A model generated the notes under the pieces. That model was not told the origin of the DNA and made no database searches. It saw nothing but the letters and a program-made list of their open reading frames with translations. The translations under genes were made by a program, and so were the position numbers. Shown here piece after piece: positions 56,219 through 64,000 of a stretch of 64,000 bases of DNA (positions are counted from its first letter, which is position 1; each line of letters opens with the position of its first letter). Source of the stretch: Oligoflexales bacterium (GTDB lineage: Bacteria; Bdellovibrionota_B; Oligoflexia; Oligoflexales; Bog-1112); the NCBI GenBank assembly GCA_045106415.1, contig JBGCEP010000004.1, positions 38,546 through 102,545 of the forward strand, written 5' to 3'.

Positions 56219-56995
56219 ATGGGAGCTATTATGTCAGGGTTGATTGGTCTAGCAGGGATTTTTTATGGACTGCATTTTGTCTTCACCGCGGAAAAAGGTG
56301 GATTTTCTGGTTATCTTGATATTTCATCTCTGGTATTGTTAGGGGTTTTACCCCCTTGTATTATGCTGCTGTCACATAAATTAACTGACTTCGGCACGGG
56401 GGTAAGAGTTCTTTTTCAAGCCATGTTTAATAATACAAATCGTCAACAGCTCGAAGTTATTAATGCTTTAACTCGTTGCTCTGCTCGTGTTCGTTCTGAT
56501 GGTGTTGGGGCTCTCGTTCATGAGAGAAAATCCATACGGCATGAACTTCTTACTGACGGGGTGTCTTTGATTATTAATAATTTTACACCAGAAGAAATAC
56601 GACATAATCTAGCGGCAAAAATTAAACAAAGACAGGGTCAAAGGAATCTAGCCTCGAACCTCTTTGAGAATATGGCGAAAGTGTCTCCTGGTGTCGGTAT
56701 GATTGGGACTCTTTTAGGGTTGATCGATATGATGTCAAACATTTCTGATCCTGCAACCATCGGCTCAGGTATGGCTCTAGCCTTAATTACAACTTTATAT
56801 GGGTTGATGCTCGGAACGATTTTATATGCCCCTTTTGGTGAAAAAATAGCTCTGGAATCAGAGAAGATTTTTGAACTCGACATGATGGTCATGGAAGGTG
56901 TGATGGCTCTTAAGGGTAAGAAATCAAGTGTTCACCTTAAAGATATTATGAAAACTTATAGTAAAACACCGCAGGCTGAAAATGGCGGAAAATAA
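56219..56995 (+). CDS. motA: flagellar stator protein MotA
   Basis: MotA/TolQ/ExbB channel block PGVGMIGTLLGLIDMM...GMALALITTLYGLMLGTILYAPF. Followed by motB with a 14-nt overlap. Confidence 0.85.
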   Translation: MGAIMSGLIGLAGIFYGLHFVFTAEKGGFSGYLDISSLVLLGVLPPCIMLLSHKLTDFGTGVRVLFQAMFNNTNRQQLEVINALTRCSARVRSDGVGALVHERKSIRHELLTDGVSLIINNFTPEEIRHNLAAKIKQRQGQRNLASNLFENMAKVSPGVGMIGTLLGLIDMMSNISDPATIGSGMALALITTLYGLMLGTILYAPFGEKIALESEKIFELDMMVMEGVMALKGKKSSVHLKDIMKTYSKTPQAENGGK

Positions 56996-57695
56996 AGAAA
57001 ATGAAACGCAGGGCTCCGAGAGCGTAGAAGGTTTTTCAGTAGAAGACCTTGGTGGTGGCTCGAAGATTCAAAAAGGAGAAGCGTTATGGCTTATGTCTTT
57101 TTCAGATATGGCTCTTGTGTTGTTATGCTTTTTTGTTCTGATGATTTCAGTTATGAAGCCAGATAAACAGAAATATGAAAGTGTTAAAGAAGGCATTAAG
57201 CAGACAGAGGAGTTGGATAAAGAAAGCCTACAGGCATTGGCCGAAAAACTAAAGAAAGTTATTAAAAAAAGAAAACTCGATCATGCCGCTGGGGTTGAGT
57301 ACGATTCAGATGGTTTGCGTATCGAGTTTAAAGACGGTGTTCTTTTTGCTTCAGGGTCTTCAAAAAGTAATCCAGAGTATAGAAAAATGGTTCGTGGTGT
57401 GTTGAAGATTATTTCACGAGTCGGAAAGCGATACCGAATGATTATTGAAGGTCATACCGATGATGTCCCTATTCGGGGAAACCCTTTGTTTCCCAGTAAC
57501 TGGGAGCTTAGTGCTTCGCGAGGGTTCTCATTAATGAGGTCTTTTCATCGGCTGGGGATTGAAGATAGAAGAATCTCAGTTGTGGCCTATGCTCATACAA
57601 GACCGAAAGTGTCTATTCAAGGGCTCAAAGGAAAAGATCTCAGAAAGGCCCGGTCTGCAAATAGACGTGTGGTTGTTTGGGTTGAGGCATCTTGA
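56982..57695 (+). CDS. motB: flagellar stator protein MotB (OmpA-like C-terminal domain)
   Basis: MotB plug/TM region WLMSFSDMALVLLCFFVLM with the conserved Asp. OmpA-like region GHTDDVPI...NWELSASRG...ANRRVVVWV. Confidence 0.85.
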   Translation: MAENKENETQGSESVEGFSVEDLGGGSKIQKGEALWLMSFSDMALVLLCFFVLMISVMKPDKQKYESVKEGIKQTEELDKESLQALAEKLKKVIKKRKLDHAAGVEYDSDGLRIEFKDGVLFASGSSKSNPEYRKMVRGVLKIISRVGKRYRMIIEGHTDDVPIRGNPLFPSNWELSASRGFSLMRSFHRLGIEDRRISVVAYAHTRPKVSIQGLKGKDLRKARSANRRVVVWVEAS

Positions 57696-57743
57696 CATTT
57701 TGTTTGCGGATCTTATGTTGATGATAGAAAAAAGGGAGAGGTT

Positions 57744-58058
57744 ATGGCAGACCAGACAGCAGTCCTGACGCATCATCGTACTGATCTTCAAGAACCAAAT
57801 ATGTATCAAGTTTTGATTCATAACGACGACTATACTCCCATGGATTTTGTTGTAGATCTTCTTCAACGGATTTTTAGAAAAGATGAAGCAGCTGCTCATA
57901 AGATTATGATGGCAATCCATCAACAAGGTATTGGTGTCGGAGGTACCTATGTCCGAGATATCGCAGAAACAAAAGTGGCACAAGCCCACTCTATGGCTAA
58001 GGGACAAGAATACCCTCTGCGCTGTAGCTTGAAGGCTGTGACAGGGGGTCAAGATTGA
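57744..58058 (+). CDS. clpS: ATP-dependent Clp protease adaptor ClpS
   Basis: MYQVLIHNDDYTPMDFVVDLLQRIFRKDEAAAHKIMMAIHQQGIGVGGTY is the canonical ClpS core. Confidence 0.95.
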   Translation: MADQTAVLTHHRTDLQEPNMYQVLIHNDDYTPMDFVVDLLQRIFRKDEAAAHKIMMAIHQQGIGVGGTYVRDIAETKVAQAHSMAKGQEYPLRCSLKAVTGGQD

Positions 58059-60298
58059 TTCAAGAAAACTTACAGAAATCATTGAACTTAGCGTACCAAA
58101 AAGCGCAGCAAAAAGGTCATGAATTTGTAACGGTTGAGCATATTCTGTACGGCCTTCTTTCCAATGATGATGTGTGTGAAGTCTTACAGAGCTGCGGTGC
58201 TCAACTTGAGTCTTTAACTGAAGGCCTGGAAGATTTTTTTCAAAATAGAATTGAAACTGAAATTCTCCCAGAAGGTGAGCGACCGCAACCAACTTTAGGT
58301 TTTCAGCGAGTTTTACAAACTGCAGCGCATCATATTTTAGCTGCAGGACAGAGTGAAATCGATGCGCCAAGTGTGCTAGTTGCTCTTTTTGATGAAAAAG
58401 ACTCACATGCTGTTTTTTTTCTGAAACAAGAAGAAGTTCATCGATTGGATCTTGTTGAGTATATTTCTCACCACCTTAAAGGTTCAGATGCCCATCTTCC
58501 TAGTCAAGATTATAGAGGGAGTCAAGATGAGGAAGAAGCGCAGAAGCCTTCAAGTATTTTATCTGAATTTACAAGAGATCTTTGTGCTTTAGCTGATGCA
58601 GGGCAAATAGACCCTGTGATTGGTAGGGAGCATGAAATTAAAAGAATGACGCATATTTTGACAAGGCGTCGGAAGAATAACCCGCTACTTGTCGGTGAGG
58701 CAGGGGTTGGTAAGACTGCTTTGGCAGAAGGGCTTGCGTATTGTGTTCGGCATGAAAATGTTCCAGATGTTTTAAAAAATCTTGAGATTTATGCTCTTGA
58801 TCTAGGGAGTCTTCTGGCTGGAACAAAGTATCGAGGAGATTTTGAGCAGCGTTTTAAGCTGCTACTGGGAGAGTTTATTGATAAGCCTGAACGGATATTG
58901 TTTATTGATGAAATTCACACTCTGATGGGTGCGGGGGCTGTAAGTGGTAGCCCGATGGATGCATCGAATTTATTAAAACCTCTTTTAAGCAGAGGGGCTG
59001 TGCGGTGTGTTGGATCCACAACTTTTAAAGAATATAGAGAGCACATTGAGTCTGACCATGCGATGGCGCGTCGTTTTCAAAAAATCGATATTGAAGAGCC
59101 AAGCGTGGCAGAAACAATCGAAATTTTGGAAGGTTTGAAGAGCCGGTACGAAGAGTATCATCAAGTCGCTTATGGTTCTGATGCATTAAAAGCTGCAGCG
59201 ACACTGTCTGATCGATATCTGAGAGATAGAAAACTTCCCGACAAAGCCATCGATGTATTGGATGAAGCAGGTGCAGCGGCACAACTTGACCGAAAATCTT
59301 CACGGGGAAAGGTTGGAGTCCGAGCGATTAGGAAAGTCGTTGCGATGATGGCACGGATTCCTGTTGAACAACTTCAGCAGCAAGGTGATCAAAAAGGCCT
59401 ATTGAACCTTAAAGAAAACCTAAAGAATTTAGTGTTTGGGCAAGATGATGCGATTGCTGCTTTGCAGAATGCTTTAGAAATTTCTCGTGTGGGTTTAGGT
59501 TCTGAAGAAGGATTGATAGGGAGTTTCTTATTTGCTGGGCCTACAGGCGTTGGAAAAACTGAAGTTGCAAAAAAACTCGCTGAAGTTCTTGGTGTTCAGT
59601 TTCAGCGTTTTGATATGAGTGAGTATATGGAAAGTCATGCGGTTGCTCGTTTACTTGGAGCACCTCCTGGTTATGTTGGGCATGATGCTGGAGGGCTGTT
59701 GACAAATGCTTTGCAGAAATCTCCTCATTGTGTCCTTTTATTAGATGAAATTGAAAAAGCACATCCTGATATTTTAAATGTGTTACTTCAAGTGATGGAT
59801 CACGGGACTTTGACTGATGCTACCGGACGTAAAAGTGATTTTAGGAACGCTATCCTGATTATGAGCAGTAATGTGGGTGCTCATGAAATGTCTCAAAATT
59901 CCATAGGGTTTTCTGATGTGCTTGAAATGAAAAGTTTGTCTCCGGAAGCTTTGAAGAAAGCTTTTACTCCAGAGTTTCGGAATAGAATTGATGCTATTGT
60001 CGCATTTCACCCGTTGAGCCCAGAGGTTGTGGTTCAAGTTGTGCAAAAAGGATTGTCTCAAATCCAAGAACAACTGAAAGATAAAAGAATCCAATTGCAT
60101 ACAACTTTTGAAGCAGTGCAATGGCTTGCTGAGGAAGGGTATGATCCTGCTTTTGGTGCGAGACCTATCCAAAGGCTCTTACAAAAATGTGTGAAACAGC
60201 CTATTGCTCGAATGATTTTGAATAAAGAAGTCCATCGTGGACAAACGATTGAGATCGGGTTACAAGACCGATTATTACAAATTACGACGGTCGCATAA
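58055..60298 (+). CDS. clpA: ATP-dependent Clp protease ATP-binding subunit ClpA
   Basis: Clp_N repeats. Walker A motifs GEAGVGKTA and GPTGVGKTE; Walker B motifs ILFIDEIH and VLLLDEIEKAH. Length 747 aa. TTG start overlaps the clpS TGA. Confidence 0.95.
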   Translation: MIQENLQKSLNLAYQKAQQKGHEFVTVEHILYGLLSNDDVCEVLQSCGAQLESLTEGLEDFFQNRIETEILPEGERPQPTLGFQRVLQTAAHHILAAGQSEIDAPSVLVALFDEKDSHAVFFLKQEEVHRLDLVEYISHHLKGSDAHLPSQDYRGSQDEEEAQKPSSILSEFTRDLCALADAGQIDPVIGREHEIKRMTHILTRRRKNNPLLVGEAGVGKTALAEGLAYCVRHENVPDVLKNLEIYALDLGSLLAGTKYRGDFEQRFKLLLGEFIDKPERILFIDEIHTLMGAGAVSGSPMDASNLLKPLLSRGAVRCVGSTTFKEYREHIESDHAMARRFQKIDIEEPSVAETIEILEGLKSRYEEYHQVAYGSDALKAAATLSDRYLRDRKLPDKAIDVLDEAGAAAQLDRKSSRGKVGVRAIRKVVAMMARIPVEQLQQQGDQKGLLNLKENLKNLVFGQDDAIAALQNALEISRVGLGSEEGLIGSFLFAGPTGVGKTEVAKKLAEVLGVQFQRFDMSEYMESHAVARLLGAPPGYVGHDAGGLLTNALQKSPHCVLLLDEIEKAHPDILNVLLQVMDHGTLTDATGRKSDFRNAILIMSSNVGAHEMSQNSIGFSDVLEMKSLSPEALKKAFTPEFRNRIDAIVAFHPLSPEVVVQVVQKGLSQIQEQLKDKRIQLHTTFEAVQWLAEEGYDPAFGARPIQRLLQKCVKQPIARMILNKEVHRGQTIEIGLQDRLLQITTVA

Positions 60299-61914
60299 TG
60301 ACACTTCAAACAAAATTATTTCAGAACCTTTGCCAGATGATTAGCGATACGAATGGTATTGGTTTGACAGACTCTTTAGAGCTGTTGCTTAGATCGCCCC
60401 GGAAAAACTCAGATACAGCGATTCGAAGTGTGGTGAGTTCTTTTCTCGATCGTTTGTACTATACACAGAGGCGGGGGGAGGACGTTGTTGACCTCTTGGA
60501 TAGTCCTGTCGCAATGGCTTTAGAAAGTTTTTTTAAGACATTTCCTCTTCGTTATCGAGAAGAACATATTCATTTAACGGGTTCTTTAGATGCTAGCTTC
60601 GTATATCCACGTCTTGCGAGCTTGCTTCACTCACCACAAAAGCACGCAGCTCAAGAAATATTAAGGAATCTTTTTCAAATAACAGAACTTGAGAGTGAAA
60701 AAGAGGTTGAGCGTCTTTTAAGATTGACCCCCCACGATAAGTTTGATCGTTATCTCAAAATTCTTCAGCTTCCCGCTATTGTTCTGACTTCAAAAGAAGA
60801 TCATTATGCAGCTGCTTGGCATATTGCTTCAAGGCTTTATCACCAGCACAATGTTGGTCGAGTGTGTTTGAAGTACACGTGGGCAAGAGCTCGAATTCAT
60901 CCTGATTTGCCAACAGTCACTTCATGGGATGCAACGCTTGGCCTGTATGAAGGTTTTTCTGCTTTTAAAAAAGAGCACCCTAATTTTGAATTTGTGCTGT
61001 CACCGAGTTTCCGCAAAGAAGCTCATTATCTCACATCTGCAGCAACAAAAGAGCAAGATATCTCACAACAGATCGAAAGCCTTTTAGGGTTCTTGAAAAC
61101 CTACCCTGAGTTAACAGATGTGGTTAAAGAAGTTGATACGGTAGGAAGTGAAAAAGACCTCTACGCGAAACGTCATTTTCATACAATGAGTGAAGGGTTT
61201 CGGAAACTTCAATATCAAGGTTTTCATATCCGTAGTCACCACGGCGAGACATTCCGTACTTTGAATAAAGGTATTCAAGCAGTTGATAATGCTATGAATC
61301 TTTGGAGAATTGATACGCTTGAGCATGGTTTGAGTCTTGGGATTAATCCTCATTATTACTACCATGCTTTGTATGAACGTCTTTTGTACAAAAACGAGAA
61401 TGGAGAACCATTACAGCGTGACGGGCAAGACTATGATGAGCTCATGGATTGGTCGCTTTCAGATATTACGATTCGAGATCACTTGATCAACGGTGTGCCG
61501 CTCAAAGCTCATGAAAAGTTGGCTCTTACAAAAACAAAGTTTCATTATGCTCGTGAAGTTGAATCATATCAGCATGATGTTTTGAATCGCATGATTGATA
61601 AAAGAGTTTCTCTCACAGCGCTCCCGTCATCGAACAAAAGATTGACGCATTATTTTGAAGGCTATCAAGATCATCCTTTTTCTTGGTGGGAGAAAAAAGG
61701 TGTGATTTTGAAGGTTGGAACCGATAATGATGTGACTTTACACACAAATATGGTTCGAGAAATGCTGATTTTGCTGTTTTCTGATCCGACTCATCTGAAG
61801 ATTCATAAACTCCTCCGTGTTGTAACGGGGGAAAACAGACTCCCTCTGGTAAGTCATCACCTTTGGACAATGAAAGCAAAATCCAGTCATCCTGAAAAAG
61901 CCTCTATCGATTGA
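60298..61914 (+). CDS. adenosine/AMP deaminase-family metallo-dependent hydrolase (divergent, 538 aa)
   Basis: Zinc and catalytic motifs appear in the ADA order: EEHIHLTGSLD (HxH), RSHHGETF (HxGE), TLEHGLSL (His), KVGTDNDV (TD-x-D, compared with TDDP). ATG 60298-60300 shares its A with the clpA stop TAA 60296-60298. Confidence 0.55.
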   Translation: MTLQTKLFQNLCQMISDTNGIGLTDSLELLLRSPRKNSDTAIRSVVSSFLDRLYYTQRRGEDVVDLLDSPVAMALESFFKTFPLRYREEHIHLTGSLDASFVYPRLASLLHSPQKHAAQEILRNLFQITELESEKEVERLLRLTPHDKFDRYLKILQLPAIVLTSKEDHYAAAWHIASRLYHQHNVGRVCLKYTWARARIHPDLPTVTSWDATLGLYEGFSAFKKEHPNFEFVLSPSFRKEAHYLTSAATKEQDISQQIESLLGFLKTYPELTDVVKEVDTVGSEKDLYAKRHFHTMSEGFRKLQYQGFHIRSHHGETFRTLNKGIQAVDNAMNLWRIDTLEHGLSLGINPHYYYHALYERLLYKNENGEPLQRDGQDYDELMDWSLSDITIRDHLINGVPLKAHEKLALTKTKFHYAREVESYQHDVLNRMIDKRVSLTALPSSNKRLTHYFEGYQDHPFSWWEKKGVILKVGTDNDVTLHTNMVREMLILLFSDPTHLKIHKLLRVVTGENRLPLVSHHLWTMKAKSSHPEKASID

Positions 61915-62124
61915 TTGGCTGTAAGATTGTTTGAAAAATTGGCTTCATACTATAGAAGACAATATTTTCTTGTCTGTTTAAGCACTTTGTAGTGTTTATG
62001 TGCCATGAAAAAATATAGAATTCTTAGATTCATGTATTATGGCATTTGAGGAATGCTTTAGGTTTGGTATAGATAGGGTCTTATTGGCCTTGTTGAGGTT
62101 TATTTTGTTAACGGAGGATCTTTT

Positions 62125-64000
62125 ATGAAGTCCGTCAAGTGGCGTGCAACGATCATTAGTGTGATCGCAATTTTGGCTGCCTATGCAGTGTCTCCAACAC
62201 TGATCTATTTTTCACAACCAGCAGACATCCGAAATGATGCTGAGGCTTTTGAGGCGAGTTTACCCTCGGCTCTTCCAAAGTCACACGTTAAGTTAGGACT
62301 GGATTTGCAGGGCGGGGTTCAGCTTGTCTTAGGGGTTCATACCGAGCATGCAATCTCAGCGAAATTAGGTCGTGTTGCAGCAGAGATGGAAAAATGGGCA
62401 GATAGCGATGATATCGCTGTCGTAAAGGCGTTTGTCGGTCAAGACTCTCAAGAGTTAGCTGTTGAGTTGAAGGCTGAAACGGAACTTGAAAAATTCCGTG
62501 AAAAATTAAGGGATGTTTACCCTTTCTTGGAACAGTTTGAGCGTGATGGCTCAAAACTACGCTATGTGTACAAGGTTGAAGAGAAGGATAGAATCCGTCA
62601 ATCAGCCTTAGAGCAGGCAGAAAGAGTTATTAGAAATCGTGTTGATCAATGGGGTGTTGCAGAGCCTGTAATTAACCGTCGGTCTGATGGTTCTATTCTT
62701 GTTCAATTACCAGGTTTTAAAGATCCTGAAAAAGCGAAATCTCTTTTGGGGCGAACGGCAGAACTTAAATTCAAGATTGTAGATGATGCTTTCACGGGTT
62801 TTGCTGCTCTTCAGAGCAATGTGCCTGAAGGAGTGAGTTACCAAGGTGGCGTGTTTGTAGGTGAAGATAGAGAGCAGCTGATTGAATACTTAAAAGCTTC
62901 TGTCCCTGAAGACAGGGAGCTCCTCTTTTCTCGAGAGCAAATTGGTAGTGGTGATTCCACGCGCTATCAATGGACCTCTTATGTAGTATTCGCTCGTACA
63001 GAGCTGGGGGGCGATGACGTTCAAGATGCTCTTGTTGGCCAAGGTGCAGGTTTGGATCGTCAACCTGAAGTGAGCCTTCGTTTGACTGGTCCTGGAGGTC
63101 GAAGGTTTGCTGAGGTCACAGGCAATAACGTTAATAAAAGAATGGCTATTGTTCTTGATGATGTAGTTGAGTCTGCTCCAGTGATTCGTTCAAAAATTTC
63201 TGGGGGAACAGCTTCTATTCAGTTAGGTAGTGGTCAAGGCTTTCAAGAAAAAATTGAAGAAGCCACTCAGCTTGCACTTATTCTTAAATCTGGTGCAATT
63301 CCAGCAAGCATAGACATTGAAGAAGAGCGGCAAGTTGGAGCGAGTTTAGGGCCTGAACTGGCAGACGATGGTATTCGTGGGATTCTTTTTGGCCTTGGTT
63401 TTGTTCTTGTTTTTATGCTTGTTTATTATCGTCGTCCGGGTTTAATTGCGTGTGTAACCCTTGTTTTAAATGCATTACTGCTCTTGGCTGTTATGGCTGG
63501 TTTTGGCTTTGCTCTCACACTACCAGGTATTGCTGGTTTTATCTTAACGTTGGGTATGGCAGTTGATGCTAATGTTTTGATTAACGAAAGAATTCGCCAA
63601 GAAGTCCGAGAGGGTAAAAATCCTCGCCGTGCGATTGAAGTTGGCTTCAATAAGGTTTTTTGGACGATTATTGACGCGAACGTTACAACCTTAATTGCTG
63701 CTATTGTGCTTTTGGAAACGAATGCATCGGGCCCAATTCGTGGTTTTGCTGTGACGTTAATTATTGGTCTTCTTGTTTCGTTATTTACGTCGCTTTATTG
63801 TTCGAGAGTCTTTTTTCAACTTGCAAGTTCAGGTTCGAACGATGCAGCTTTGAAAAAATGGCTTGGTGCAGGTGAAGGTCGTAAAATTTATTTTGATTTC
63901 TTGAAATTTGGTAAACCATTTACATTTATCTTTGCTTCTTTGGCTTTAGTTGTAGGAGTTGGTACTGCTGTTCGTGGTTTGAACTACGGAGTTGACTTTG
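62125..64000 (+). CDS. secDF: protein translocase subunit SecDF (fused), 3' end outside the window
   Basis: GGAGG lies 7 nt before ATG 62125. SecD blocks LGLDLQGGVQLVLGV, RNRVDQWGVAEPVINRRSDGSILVQLPG, GLIACVTLVLNALLLLAVMAGFGFALTLPGIAGFILTLGMAVDANVLINERIR. The frame continues without a stop into a SecF-like N-terminus (FDFLKFGKPFTFIFASLALVVGVGTAVRGLNYGVDF). Absent from the ORF track because it has no stop in the window. Confidence 0.85.
   Translation, partial: MKSVKWRATIISVIAILAAYAVSPTLIYFSQPADIRNDAEAFEASLPSALPKSHVKLGLDLQGGVQLVLGVHTEHAISAKLGRVAAEMEKWADSDDIAVVKAFVGQDSQELAVELKAETELEKFREKLRDVYPFLEQFERDGSKLRYVYKVEEKDRIRQSALEQAERVIRNRVDQWGVAEPVINRRSDGSILVQLPGFKDPEKAKSLLGRTAELKFKIVDDAFTGFAALQSNVPEGVSYQGGVFVGEDREQLIEYLKASVPEDRELLFSREQIGSGDSTRYQWTSYVVFARTELGGDDVQDALVGQGAGLDRQPEVSLRLTGPGGRRFAEVTGNNVNKRMAIVLDDVVESAPVIRSKISGGTASIQLGSGQGFQEKIEEATQLALILKSGAIPASIDIEEERQVGASLGPELADDGIRGILFGLGFVLVFMLVYYRRPGLIACVTLVLNALLLLAVMAGFGFALTLPGIAGFILTLGMAVDANVLINERIRQEVREGKNPRRAIEVGFNKVFWTIIDANVTTLIAAIVLLETNASGPIRGFAVTLIIGLLVSLFTSLYCSRVFFQLASSGSNDAALKKWLGAGEGRKIYFDFLKFGKPFTFIFASLALVVGVGTAVRGLNYGVDF

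Noticed and set aside
57576-58406. 276 aa ORF on the minus strand spanning the motB end, clpS and the clpA start
   Set aside because: It is antisense to three genes with unambiguous, motif-rich translations (MotB, ClpS, ClpA). Its own translation is His/Cys/Leu-rich with no motifs. It is a typical shadow ORF.
57744-61914. RADAR-like defence system (ATPase plus adenosine deaminase)
   Set aside because: The ATPase is a canonical ClpA with Clp_N repeats, two AAA+ modules and an overlapping clpS. It is not an RdrA-like protein. The deaminase is much shorter than my recollection of RdrB. The linkage is kept as a finding, but not as RADAR.
1-64000. tRNA, rRNA, CRISPR arrays, IS elements, integrases and prophage modules
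   Set aside because: I scanned intergenic regions for T-loop-like GGTTCGAAT motifs, regularly spaced direct repeats, terminal inverted repeats and transposase or integrase motifs. I found none. The only GGTTCGAA occurrence is inside secDF. A tRNAscan, Infernal or ISfinder run would be needed to be definitive.

Overview
The window is chromosomal DNA from a moderately AT-rich, flagellated Gram-negative bacterium. The gene content (scattered flagellar genes, a TIGR02147-like HTH protein, a gldAFG-like ABC cluster, many orphan secreted proteins) resembles Bdellovibrio-like or Oligoflexia organisms, but that placement is inference only. About 53 protein-coding genes are supported. Two run off the window edges and are missing from the ORF track: a gloB 3' fragment at 1-157 and a fused secDF from 62125 to the end. 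I found no rRNA, tRNA, CRISPR array, IS element, integrase or obvious prophage. Housekeeping genes are topA, clpS-clpA, nadE, cspA, tsaC, maf, lptD, beta-carbonic anhydrase and secDF. Flagellar genes sit in four separate loci: flgE; fliD-fliS; fliC; motAB. Transport genes include a gldA/F/G-like ABC-2 cluster with a DUF4340-like gene, a FecCD/BtuF-type ABC importer and an NhaC-like antiporter. The least explained content is signalling and envelope genes. (i) An AT-rich divergent pair at 0.2-10.4 kb: a fused DctP+LivK double solute-binding protein overlapping a hybrid histidine kinase, facing a tightly coupled operon of HAMP-PP2C phosphatase, FecR-domain protein, OM-barrel-like protein and secreted protein. 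This operon is my best candidate for an undescribed trans-envelope signalling module. (ii) A CHASE2 adenylate/guanylate cyclase flanked by two paralogous OM-barrel-like genes, with a hairpin that contains the cyclase Shine-Dalgarno sequence. (iii) A sigma-28-type promoter in front of a triple Cys-repeat periplasmic protein next to motAB, and an HTH protein with an ImmA-like domain lacking HEXXH. (iv) An adenosine-deaminase-like gene whose start overlaps the clpA stop. All family calls come from motifs read by eye and need HMM or structure confirmation.
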